Below are positions 10,060 to 19,489 of a stretch of DNA of 64,000 nt, in pieces (positions within the stretch are counted from its first letter, which is position 1; the number at the start of each line of letters is the position of its first letter). The stretch spans positions 3,774,277 through 3,838,276 of the forward strand of contig CP070695.1 in NCBI GenBank assembly GCA_020353515.1, in the 5' to 3' direction. The notes under the pieces were generated by a model. The model saw only the letters and a program-made list of their open reading frames with translations. It did no database searches and was not told the origin of the DNA. A program made the translations under genes and the position numbers. Origin of the DNA: Candidatus Heimdallarchaeota archaeon. GTDB taxonomy: Archaea; Asgardarchaeota; Heimdallarchaeia; Hodarchaeales; Hodarchaeaceae.

Positions 10060-11496
10060 TTAATTGGAATCAGAAGACTGGGTAGAAGTTTCTTTTCTCA
10101 AAATGAAACAATACTGGTGACACCTGTTCCCTACCCATGCATAATTGACTCCTAATGCAACTAAAGATTTATCATCTTGTAACCAAATCTTCTCATCTTT
10201 TAAGATCCATGGATGTTCTTTATTTTGGATTAGACTCTGTACTGTGTCATAAGCTAGTGGATAGACTCTTCCATTTGCAAAAACATTATTTGTGATTATA
10301 ACCATGTAACCATTAGGTCGTAAAAGCTTGTAAACATTGCTTAAAATCTTCTGTTGTTCTTTAATAAATTCTTTATAGTCTACGAGGTTACCAAGGTCTC
10401 TTGGATCTTCTTTACTATATCTCGTGTCTAATCCCATTTCTTTTCGTTTTTTTTGCCGAATTGAATTACGCTCGAGTTGACTCCAATATGGAGGACTTGT
10501 TATACAAAAATCAATCGTTAATAGGTTAACGTCTTCCCAATAGGTCATAAGATCCCTTGAATCCCCGCAGATTACGCGCCAAGAACTTGGCTCATCAGTT
10601 TGGTATAATGGAGGGTAAGCTGGTATGTTTATCTTATCTAAACGGTTCCTGCTAATCTCAGCATACTCAGGGGAGAGTTCAACTCCTATACCATTTCGAT
10701 TACATTGTTTAGCAGCAACAAGAGTACTTCCAGTCCCGAGAAATGGATCAAGGACAGTTTCACCTGGTTTTGAAAAAAAGGTAATAAATTGCCTAATCAT
10801 TGTTTCTGGGAATTTTGCAGGATGTAATAATTCCTCTGACTTTCGTGATGGAGGACGATGAATAAACCATGTTTTTGTAAACTTTATCCACTCCCTTCCA
10901 GTCAATAGATTTAATCGATTTTTGGAACTTCTTTGACCAACTGGAAACTTTTTTTTACCATTTTTGAGAGTAATTATTCTCTCATATTCTCCTGTTTTAA
11001 ATGGTGTGTTCTGTCTTCGTAGTGATTTTATTTCTTGGTCCTCAAGTTTGTATGTGTAATAAGAAGCTTTGTCTTGGTTTATATCAGCTTCAATCCGAAC
11101 AAATAGGCTTTCTATCTCTTGATTATAATAGGTCATTAAATTTGATTTGATGGTTTTTACAATAAAAGAGAACTTTTGAGCAATTTCTAATGAGATAGAG
11201 TTTGTAAGTAAAGGTTGAAATAGCACTGGAGTCTCGAGATCAATATAAAAGACATCTATTGGAGCTCCACGCTCTTCACATACCAATTGGAAACACCTAA
11301 GGTTCTTTTCCAAAAGAGCTTTCCAAAAATCCTTTAGATTTTCATCTTGGGAAAGTTCTACTAAATCTTTTATAAACAAAATTTTTTTTAGTTTGGCAGG
11401 TCGAGTAATAAAGGTAAAAAATGTCTTATCTTCTCTATTAATTGCCATCTCGTTCTTAATTGGAGATTTCATGTAATGAAAAAACTCCTTTATCAA
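10060..11496 (-). CDS. Solitary amino-DNA methyltransferase (probably N4-cytosine) with N-terminal extension
   Basis: HPAKFP, motif I LDPFLGTGST, motif IV ITSPPY. Confidence 0.85.
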   Translation of the reverse strand: MIKEFFHYMKSPIKNEMAINREDKTFFTFITRPAKLKKILFIKDLVELSQDENLKDFWKALLEKNLRCFQLVCEERGAPIDVFYIDLETPVLFQPLLTNSISLEIAQKFSFIVKTIKSNLMTYYNQEIESLFVRIEADINQDKASYYTYKLEDQEIKSLRRQNTPFKTGEYERIITLKNGKKKFPVGQRSSKNRLNLLTGREWIKFTKTWFIHRPPSRKSEELLHPAKFPETMIRQFITFFSKPGETVLDPFLGTGSTLVAAKQCNRNGIGVELSPEYAEISRNRLDKINIPAYPPLYQTDEPSSWRVICGDSRDLMTYWEDVNLLTIDFCITSPPYWSQLERNSIRQKKRKEMGLDTRYSKEDPRDLGNLVDYKEFIKEQQKILSNVYKLLRPNGYMVIITNNVFANGRVYPLAYDTVQSLIQNKEHPWILKDEKIWLQDDKSLVALGVNYAWVGNRCHQYCFILRKETSTQSSDSN

Positions 11497-11659
11497 TATA
11501 ATTAAATTAGACCTATCATTAAGAGATTTTTTCTCTTTTAATTTGATAATTTAACTTGTAGAAATTTAATTGAGTTAGGAAAGCTCACGAGAACTAAATG
11601 TATAAATATTAGTCAGTTCAAACGAATAATTAGACTCGATATTTCCTTATTTTAGAAAG

Positions 11660-12067
11660 ATGATTATCATGGCGAAATTTTGTGATAAATGTGGTGAAGA
11701 GGTTAGTCCAGACGATCTATTTTGCAACAATTGTGGATCCCAATTAGACCGTTCAAAAACATGGGCTGTCCCAGGGGCAAAAATGGAAACTCCAAAGACG
11801 GAAACAACAACTGAGCAAAGGACACAGGTCTCAAGTCGTCCTAAGAGATTCTATAGAAGTAGAGAGGATCGTTGGATAGCTGGTGTCTGTGGTGGGTTGG
11901 GGGAATACTTTAATATTGATCCCATTCTCGTTAGACTGGGGTTTATCTTCATCACGGCTGTTTATGGAGTAGGAATTCTTGTCTACATCCTATTAGCAAT
12001 TTTTGTAGAAGAAAATCCTCATCAAAGTCCTAGACAATATCAAACCCAAAATACGGGAAGATATTGA
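11660..12067 (+). CDS. Zinc-ribbon + PspC domain membrane protein
   Basis: FCDKCG..FCNNCG; PspC signature RSREDRWIAGVCGGLGEYFNIDPILVRL followed by a TM segment. Confidence 0.9.
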   Translation: MIIMAKFCDKCGEEVSPDDLFCNNCGSQLDRSKTWAVPGAKMETPKTETTTEQRTQVSSRPKRFYRSREDRWIAGVCGGLGEYFNIDPILVRLGFIFITAVYGVGILVYILLAIFVEENPHQSPRQYQTQNTGRY

Positions 12068-12077
12068 GAGTTCATTG

Positions 12078-12251
12078 TTATTCTTCAACGGTGAATTCGA
12101 TTTCTAGATTGATTTTTTCTATAGAGGGATCCTTTAGATGGAGACTTTCAACCATTCCTACTAATGAATTTCCGATAAATTGTTGAACAAATTTCTTTAC
12201 AGCGATTTTCTTCCCATTAACTTGTAAATTAAATGATTGAATCTTTTGCAG
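12078..12251 (-). CDS. Small protein resembling the C-terminal extension of archaeal MobB proteins
   Basis: Manual translation (L)QKIQSFNLQVNGKKIAVKKFVQQFIGNSLVGMVESLHLKDPSIEKINLEIEFTVEE*; AGGTGA element 6 nt before a CTG; below the ORF-track cutoff. Confidence 0.55.
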   Translation of the reverse strand: MQKIQSFNLQVNGKKIAVKKFVQQFIGNSLVGMVESLHLKDPSIEKINLEIEFTVEE

Positions 12252-12358
12252 AAGTATTCACCTTAAGCAGTTCATTAAAAGTTAAAAATAATATAGTTTT
12301 TAAATGTCTTAGAAGTTATCCCGTTTCACAAGATTGAAATAATCAGGACTGGTAATCT

Positions 12359-13099
12359 TTGCATCATATCTCGTTTCAAGAAGTTTCTAAAAATTATCAA
12401 ATGGGAGAAGTAACAGTCGATGCTCTCCATGAAATAACATTAGATATTGAACCTGGATTATTTGTAGTTTTACTTGGACCGTCTGGTTCTGGAAAAACAA
12501 CTTTGTTAAATCTAATTTCAGCGATTGACTATCCTTCCTCAGGAAAAATTCAGGTTGAAAATGTCGATATCAGTTTTCTCAACCGAAAACAGAGAGCACA
12601 GTTTCGTAGACATAAAATTGGATTCATTTTCCAGTTTTTTAATCTCATACCTACATTAACTGCTTTAGAAAATATTGAATTTGCACTTGACCTGATTGGT
12701 GTATCTACTCCAAATGGCTCACGATCATTCAATAAGAAAAAGATACGAGATGTAGCCTTAAATTGGCTAGATAAGGTTGGCTTAAAAGATCGAGCTAATC
12801 ATTTCCCCTCACAATTGAGTGGAGGACAACAACAACGGGTGGCAATCGCACGAGCACTATCAAAAGACCCCCCAATTGTTGTTGCTGATGAACCTACAGG
12901 AAACCTCGACTATCGTGCTGGAGTTTCGATCCTCAAATTAATGAAAGAACTCAACGTACAAACTGAGAAAACGTTTATTCTGGCAACACACAATCAACAA
13001 ATTTCTAAAATTGCTGATCTCGTACTAACCATGCAGATGGGGCAGGTAAGCCACTTTGAACAGCGAGAACCAATCAACGTGGAAAATCTCGTTTGGTAA
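12359..13099 (+). CDS. ABC transporter ATP-binding protein (LolD/MacB/SalX family)
   Basis: [45 protein letters not shown]. Confidence 0.95.
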   Translation: MHHISFQEVSKNYQMGEVTVDALHEITLDIEPGLFVVLLGPSGSGKTTLLNLISAIDYPSSGKIQVENVDISFLNRKQRAQFRRHKIGFIFQFFNLIPTLTALENIEFALDLIGVSTPNGSRSFNKKKIRDVALNWLDKVGLKDRANHFPSQLSGGQQQRVAIARALSKDPPIVVADEPTGNLDYRAGVSILKLMKELNVQTEKTFILATHNQQISKIADLVLTMQMGQVSHFEQREPINVENLVW

Positions 13100-15801
13100 A
13101 GCTAGAAGTAAGGATGCCCAATATGAAATTCTTAACACGTATTTGGTTTAAGAAGCTTGTGAGAGATCTTGCACGTCATAAACTTTTAACTTTTGCTTTA
13201 ATTTTGCTGTGTTTTTTTGGGACTGGATCTTTTTTAGCTTTGAGTATGGGTTATGAAAACCTCTATTCGTCATATAAGCGCATTTACCGACAGACAAATT
13301 TTGCTGATGCAGAATTTTTTACACTTAGTGATAACTGTTTCAACACAATTGAACTTGATGACACATTGACGAATTTTACAATAAGGTACGAAAAGGAAAT
13401 CCAAGCCATTAATTTTCGATTGATAACAGGGACTGGTTATAACGTAACCAGTTCAATTGGAGGTATAGAGAGACAATTTTTAGCAGGAGGTCGTGCGATT
13501 GGAATCGAATGGCCACAACAAGAAGAAAATCGAATTAATGATTTGATATTTACCAGTAGTTCATACTCTAATTGCTTTTCTCAAGAGAATTCTGTTTTAT
13601 TGGAATCACATTTTGCTCAAAAATTCGATATTGAGAGGGGAGATACTCTGACGACAAGGATATTTAACCAAACTTTCGATCTTATCGTCCAAGGAGTTGT
13701 TTTTAGCCCAGAATATCTAGTTATCATTCCATCAAAACACGATTTTCTCCCTACAAGTGTTTTCGGAATAATATACTTACCTATTGAAAGATTACAAGCC
13801 TACACAAACCTTACAGGACTCGCAAATAATCTACTTGTAAAAATGTCTTCAGGAGTGAATATTTCCACCCGTAACCATATAATAGAAGAACTAGCTGAAG
13901 TACTTGATGAGTCCGCTAAAGGTGTTTTCGCTCCTCCTGTAATGCAAGAAGACCAGATTTCAAATATGGCACTCCGATTAGATTTAGAGACATTTGAAGA
14001 AGTAGCTTTAACCTTACCAATAGTCGTCTTGGGGGTTGCAGCAGTCTCAATTTACATTACTTTAGGTCGAACTGTTCAAAGTCAAAGACGGAATATTGGT
14101 ATTGCTTCAAGTTTAGGTTATTTCCCCAACGATATCCTTTTTCACTTTACTTGTTTTAGTTTACTTATTGGTGGGATAGGCAGTATTCTAGGTGTTGGTT
14201 TTGGAATCATTGTTTCTGGTGTGGTTACTTGGGTTTATTCTTACTTTATGCGATTTCCCCAAATAATTGAGATTCAATTGCAACCTCATCTTATATTCAT
14301 AGCCTTAGTAACTAGTTTAGGGATAAGTTTGCTAAGTGGAGCTATTCCTGCATGGAATGCAAGTCGAATGACCCCCAGAAAAGCTCTTCAAACCATGTTT
14401 GTTACTGAAAAAGGTTCATATTCCATTTTTGAGAAAATTCTCTTCGTTAAATCAATTGGATTACGCTTAGCAATACCTCTAAGAAACCTCTCTCGGAAAA
14501 AAGGACACACTATAGCTACAATGACTGCAATTGCAGCTGCAGTTATGATCATCATAGTTTCTTTTGCTTTTATTGATTCAGTAACAGCGGGAGTAAATCG
14601 TCAGTTCAATGAAACCTCCCAGTATGATCTGATAGTAAAGTATGAAGGATTAAATTATTTCGATTTGGGAGTAAAGAATGATGTGACTTATATTCAGAGT
14701 TTACCAGGAGTAGTAGCTGTTGAACCTGTATTACAAATACCTTCATCAATTAAAACTGGAGGAAGATCACAAGGAGTGTTAATAACAGCTTGGAATAATT
14801 CAAATCCTACTACTCATAGATTTCACTGGTCTTCGTCTCAAGATACGTTATTACCAAACAATAGTATTGTTGTTTGTTCTGCTTTGGCCCATCAGTTCAA
14901 TATTAAGGTTGGTAACGAGATAGAGTATAATTTACCTTTTATCAAATCTTATATGGAATACGCTTACGATAAAGCTGAAGAGATATGGAACGAAACCTCT
15001 TTTTTGCATGGAATCGAGTTCGCAAGAAATGAAACGCTAGATTACATAAAAGATCTAATAAAACGAAATACAGAAAGTATCTCTTTCTCAAAAAGTGTAA
15101 GTGAAGACATTATTATTACTCATGAATCTATTAGAGTTTCTGGAATTTCAAAGGAAATTTGGGGAAGCATGGTATATACTACCCTTCAAACTATAACTAG
15201 TAATCTTGGTATAGATATGTTTAAGTCAGGATTAGACATTGACTTAACCCCCACCTCACAATTGATTTTGAAAGTCAGCCAAGCTTCAAATGTAACTCTG
15301 TTAGAAGAAATTAAAACATCAATTAGTCAGTTAGAGGGAATTAGATCAATTGAATTCAGTTATGATTTTCATCAGGCGGTAGATATACTGATGGCAGCTT
15401 TTAATGCAGTTATTCTAGTGTTCTTAATATTTGCATGCTTATTAGCGGGAGCTGCTATCTTCACGACTATCTATCTGAGTTTTCAGGAACGACAACGAGA
15501 AATTGCAACAATGTTAACTCTTGGACTCTCCGATAGAGAGTTTTTATCCATCTTAACTGTAGAAAATCTCAGTCAGGGCATATTAGGCATACTACTTGGA
15601 ATCCCACCAGGCCTTTGGATTGCTAGTTGGATTTTAGATAATGTTCTACGTCTTTTCTACTTTGAAATCATCATACTCCCTACAACTTGGATATTGATAT
15701 GGGTCGGAGTCATTGGTGTTATCCTGATTTCCCAGATCCCAGCGTATTATTACGGTGTAAGACTCGACCTAACTGTTGTAACAAAAGAACTATCATCTTA
15801 G
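13093..15801 (+). CDS. ABC transporter permease (FtsX/MacB-like, duplicated)
   Basis: Two FtsX-like halves (QRRNIGIASSLG; RQREIATMLTLG) with large extracellular loops; overlaps the ATPase gene. Confidence 0.9.
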   Translation: MVKLEVRMPNMKFLTRIWFKKLVRDLARHKLLTFALILLCFFGTGSFLALSMGYENLYSSYKRIYRQTNFADAEFFTLSDNCFNTIELDDTLTNFTIRYEKEIQAINFRLITGTGYNVTSSIGGIERQFLAGGRAIGIEWPQQEENRINDLIFTSSSYSNCFSQENSVLLESHFAQKFDIERGDTLTTRIFNQTFDLIVQGVVFSPEYLVIIPSKHDFLPTSVFGIIYLPIERLQAYTNLTGLANNLLVKMSSGVNISTRNHIIEELAEVLDESAKGVFAPPVMQEDQISNMALRLDLETFEEVALTLPIVVLGVAAVSIYITLGRTVQSQRRNIGIASSLGYFPNDILFHFTCFSLLIGGIGSILGVGFGIIVSGVVTWVYSYFMRFPQIIEIQLQPHLIFIALVTSLGISLLSGAIPAWNASRMTPRKALQTMFVTEKGSYSIFEKILFVKSIGLRLAIPLRNLSRKKGHTIATMTAIAAAVMIIIVSFAFIDSVTAGVNRQFNETSQYDLIVKYEGLNYFDLGVKNDVTYIQSLPGVVAVEPVLQIPSSIKTGGRSQGVLITAWNNSNPTTHRFHWSSSQDTLLPNNSIVVCSALAHQFNIKVGNEIEYNLPFIKSYMEYAYDKAEEIWNETSFLHGIEFARNETLDYIKDLIKRNTESISFSKSVSEDIIITHESIRVSGISKEIWGSMVYTTLQTITSNLGIDMFKSGLDIDLTPTSQLILKVSQASNVTLLEEIKTSISQLEGIRSIEFSYDFHQAVDILMAAFNAVILVFLIFACLLAGAAIFTTIYLSFQERQREIATMLTLGLSDREFLSILTVENLSQGILGILLGIPPGLWIASWILDNVLRLFYFEIIILPTTWILIWVGVIGVILISQIPAYYYGVRLDLTVVTKELSS

Positions 15802-15821
15802 AATATTAAGGCGTTGAATAT

Positions 15822-16634
15822 TCATAAAATACTATTAATGTCTATTTCGTCTGGTTCAAAGAGTTTTCTACCCTCCATTCCACCAGCCACAGTGATAATT
15901 TGGCCTGAAATATGACCTGCGAGCTTATCTGAAGAGAGAAACACAACGGTTCGCGCTATATCAATTGGGCGTGCTATTTTCCTCAGTGGCATGGTTTGGA
16001 GGGCTTTTCGTACCGCTTCGTGATCTTCCAAAGATTTTTCTGCCATAGGAGTAATAGTCCAGCCAGGGGCCACTATATTAACTCTTCCACGAGACGCGAT
16101 GCGAATTATTTCATTTTTCAACGAAAGCATAAGCCCCTGAAGTCCTGATTTTGAAACAGAATAGTCTACATGGCCAGCTTCCCCAAATATCCCAGCAGTA
16201 CTACCAATATAGACAATACTAGCTGTTTCTTTTGGAAAAGCAAGTAAATTCAACAGGAACTGCCTGCTACAGATGAAAGCTGCACGAAGATTGATTGTTA
16301 GTGTTTGATCCCATTGATCTAATGTCATTTCATGAGCGGGGATATATTGTTCTGGCCAAATACCATGATTTACTACAAGGTGGTCTATCCGTCCAAAAGT
16401 GTTGGTACTGTCTTGAATTAACTCTTTAGTTTGTTCCTCAGAAGACAAATCGGCTTGAAGTAAGCAATAATCACCATTTAGCTCTTTACTGAATTGTGAA
16501 ATTTGCTCTTGATTTTTATTATAGTGAAGTGAAAGACTACAGCCTTCTTTGTCAAAAAGCTTTGCAGTTGCTTGTCCAATACCTCCACTTGCTCCCGTTA
16601 TTAAAACATGCTCTCCATTAAGTCCTGATTCCAC
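15822..16634 (-). CDS. SDR family oxidoreductase
   Basis: TGASGGIG, YSVSK, NIVAPG. Confidence 0.93.
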   Translation of the reverse strand: MESGLNGEHVLITGASGGIGQATAKLFDKEGCSLSLHYNKNQEQISQFSKELNGDYCLLQADLSSEEQTKELIQDSTNTFGRIDHLVVNHGIWPEQYIPAHEMTLDQWDQTLTINLRAAFICSRQFLLNLLAFPKETASIVYIGSTAGIFGEAGHVDYSVSKSGLQGLMLSLKNEIIRIASRGRVNIVAPGWTITPMAEKSLEDHEAVRKALQTMPLRKIARPIDIARTVVFLSSDKLAGHISGQIITVAGGMEGRKLFEPDEIDINSIL

Positions 16635-16909
16635 TGTGAATCGCCTTATAATTCTTTATTTCATCATTCTAATAAGTTTAGTTAATTTTCTCAATTTTAG
16701 TTTAAATTCTTCTTATTTGAGATTATAGAGAGTGAGATCAGTTATAACAGGCCAATGATCTGAAGGGAAGATTGAAGGATCTTTTCCAGGATTATCATAA
16801 ACTATCCGAGTATCTCGAACTTCAGAAATTCTGAAATTTTAAGAAAGAGTAATTTGAAAGCACCAGTAAGAGTTCAAATGCTCGAGATTGTCCAAAAATC
16901 GTTATCGGC

Positions 16910-19489
16910 CTAGGATATCTCGAAAAATGATTGGAGGTCAGTGATTAGAGAATACGCATGTTTTACTGCATCCCTAGTTTCATTACAAGTAATTTTGATA
17001 TGGATCTCACCCTTTACTGGCGAGGTAATGTTAACAAGCGCTGTACCCAAAGAATTTAGACTGTTTGAAATCACACTGCGTATCTTAATTTTAGTAATAA
17101 CCTCTTTGTCTCCAGTCATTGTTATGTCTCGCCATGGATCACCCCATGATGGACCTCTAGGTTCGCCATGAGTTTTCATCTCAAGGGTAACTTTAGGAAA
17201 GTCATCACGTTTTGAATGGCCACTCATTATAATCTGCTTGTTTTCAAACTCAATTTTGATTTTCTTCATCAATCCCGAGTAAGGAATAAGATAAACAATA
17301 AGACCAGTATCACTTGGTTCGTAAATCAGATCTTGGACACGATATTGGACAGAAGAAAGCAGGGACATTTTCTCCTCGTCCACGAGGTTCTTTCCTTTTT
17401 GAAAAGGTTCTTTTTTAGGCAAAGCAGCAGACACAAAATCTACTGGTTTCTCTATTACTGGTTTCAATGTGGGAAGATCTTTAGATGGTTCAATACGTTC
17501 ATGAGAAACAGCTACTTTTTCCAATTCGTGATCTGGTGGTATATATCTTTCCTGAATTGTTGTCTCTCTAATTAAAGGTACCTTCCTTTGCCTATTGCGA
17601 TAATAACCAAAATAAGCAAACAAGACAATCATTGCTAGCAAAATAAACAATCCCAGTACAATAAAAGAGATAAGAATAAGATCTATAAGAAAATAGAATC
17701 CATTATAAGTAGTCTTATAATGAGAGATAATCTCAACGGTAAATCCCTCGGAACAGGTTGCTACAATTTTGATAGCATAAATAGAATCAGTTGATTCTAT
17801 ATTTGCAGTATCCCAATTATATGTTGTATTAGTAAGATTAGAAGCAAGGGGTATCCAAGTATCTCCATCTAGTGAATAATAGATTGAATATGTGGTCTGG
17901 TGACCCAGTGAATCTAAAGCAGCTGTCCAGCAAATAGTAACAACACCTGATGACATACTTAATTCCTTTGGATGAACAATGGTCGGTGGAAATAGCAGGT
18001 GTGTGTTTGGACTAGCAAGAGGAGAATTATCGTATGAATAGGTATAACCAGGGATACTGTAAGAATTATCAAGAATTCCATCCCTATTGTTATCAGGGCT
18101 AGTTAAATCGCTCCAATAATTATAAGTAAATGTGTTGTTGTCCCCATAGTTAAACACATGACGATTTCCACTATTGCTTATAAAATAGTTGAAGATAAAG
18201 TAGTTGTTGAGCGAGTCTTCAAGGTAAACACCATCACGACTATTATTACTCACCTTATTACGGGTAAAAACACTATTATTAGTATGTTCCATGTAAATCC
18301 CCCAATAATTACCATCCATTGAATTATTAATAATCCTCAAGTCAGTACAGTAGTGAGCAATCAGACCGACAGCTGAATTATCTAATTTTTGATCCCTGAC
18401 TTCAATTTCAGTACAATTGATTAAAATCACTTGTCCTACCCCCACAGGAACAATTTGATCCTCAATATTTTGCCAAAAAAGTAGTGACTTGCCATTTACA
18501 ATATTATTAGATACATTGGTTTGTAATATCTCTTCAAAACGACCGCCATAAATATAAAGACCATCTTTGACAAATGTATTGTTAATGATTGTATTATCGC
18601 TAGAATCACTTAAGAAGAGACCCCGTTCATTATCATTGAAGGAATTGTTAACAACGGTAATATTCTCAGATAATCGGAGATAGGCTCCTCGAAAATTGTT
18701 GGAAATGGTATTATTATAAATATTGATGTCTGAACTAAAAGCTGTTACTAAACCAACGGAAAAGCCAGCTAAGTTTTGACCTGTAACTTCAATAGAGGCA
18801 CAATTTATTAGGAAAATTTGCCCCGCACCCATGGGGATAGTTCTTCCCGAAACACCTTGCCAGAAAACTATAGGGGCACCATTTACGGTGTTTTCAGATA
18901 CTTCAGACTGTATAAATTCACTGAATTCTTCACCAAAAAGATATAACCCGCCAGTTATTAATGTGTTTGATGTTATAATGTTATTTCCAGAATAATAAAG
19001 TGAAATTCCGTAAATATTATCTGAGAGCGTATTTTCAGTCACTTCAATATTCTCACTGTAACATAGACGAATTCCTTCCTCGCTATTAGTTATATCATTG
19101 TTGGAAACTTCCCCATTTGTAACATTATGAAGATGTATTCCGTAATATCCATTATCCAATCTACAATTACTGATTCTGAAATAGATATTAGTTCCCCGAA
19201 TATCAATCAAATTTTCAGAACCAGAACCAGTAATTTCGTAACCAGAAATCACATAGGGATTTAGTGCTGTACCTTCTCCAGGCCAGCCTTCTGTATTCGC
19301 TTGATTGCTAAAATCGTTATTTCCATTTATATAAATGGTTGCATGTTCTACATGTGTTGTTGATATTTCTTTATAGGAATTAATTGCAAAAAATCCTTGG
19401 GTACAGTTAAAATTAGATAGAGGGTGGAACCAAAGATGTACTAAGACTAAAAGAAGGAAAGCCTTCTTCATCGTCACACCTGATCCCAA
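16910..19489 (-). CDS. Single-pass surface protein: signal peptide, NosD/CASH beta-helix, Fn3-like domain, TM, cytoplasmic domain
   Basis: MKKAFLLL signal; GI.L..S.N..I..N repeats; W..A.DS.GH...YS Fn3-like unit; TM LIDLILISFIVLGLFILLAMIVLF followed by a basic stop-transfer segment. Real start probably 19471 or 19477. Confidence 0.85.
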   Translation of the reverse strand: MGSGVTMKKAFLLLVLVHLWFHPLSNFNCTQGFFAINSYKEISTTHVEHATIYINGNNDFSNQANTEGWPGEGTALNPYVISGYEITGSGSENLIDIRGTNIYFRISNCRLDNGYYGIHLHNVTNGEVSNNDITNSEEGIRLCYSENIEVTENTLSDNIYGISLYYSGNNIITSNTLITGGLYLFGEEFSEFIQSEVSENTVNGAPIVFWQGVSGRTIPMGAGQIFLINCASIEVTGQNLAGFSVGLVTAFSSDINIYNNTISNNFRGAYLRLSENITVVNNSFNDNERGLFLSDSSDNTIINNTFVKDGLYIYGGRFEEILQTNVSNNIVNGKSLLFWQNIEDQIVPVGVGQVILINCTEIEVRDQKLDNSAVGLIAHYCTDLRIINNSMDGNYWGIYMEHTNNSVFTRNKVSNNSRDGVYLEDSLNNYFIFNYFISNSGNRHVFNYGDNNTFTYNYWSDLTSPDNNRDGILDNSYSIPGYTYSYDNSPLASPNTHLLFPPTIVHPKELSMSSGVVTICWTAALDSLGHQTTYSIYYSLDGDTWIPLASNLTNTTYNWDTANIESTDSIYAIKIVATCSEGFTVEIISHYKTTYNGFYFLIDLILISFIVLGLFILLAMIVLFAYFGYYRNRQRKVPLIRETTIQERYIPPDHELEKVAVSHERIEPSKDLPTLKPVIEKPVDFVSAALPKKEPFQKGKNLVDEEKMSLLSSVQYRVQDLIYEPSDTGLIVYLIPYSGLMKKIKIEFENKQIIMSGHSKRDDFPKVTLEMKTHGEPRGPSWGDPWRDITMTGDKEVITKIKIRSVISNSLNSLGTALVNITSPVKGEIHIKITCNETRDAVKHAYSLITDLQSFFEIS

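Noticed and set aside
10060-11496. Complete restriction-modification or defence island
   Set aside because: No nuclease, specificity subunit or other recognisable defence gene is adjacent
16635-16909. Protein-like fragment in an intergenic region (similar ones at 34775-34925 and 39300-39460)
   Set aside because: Multiple stops, no start codon and no recognisable family; cannot be supported without a search
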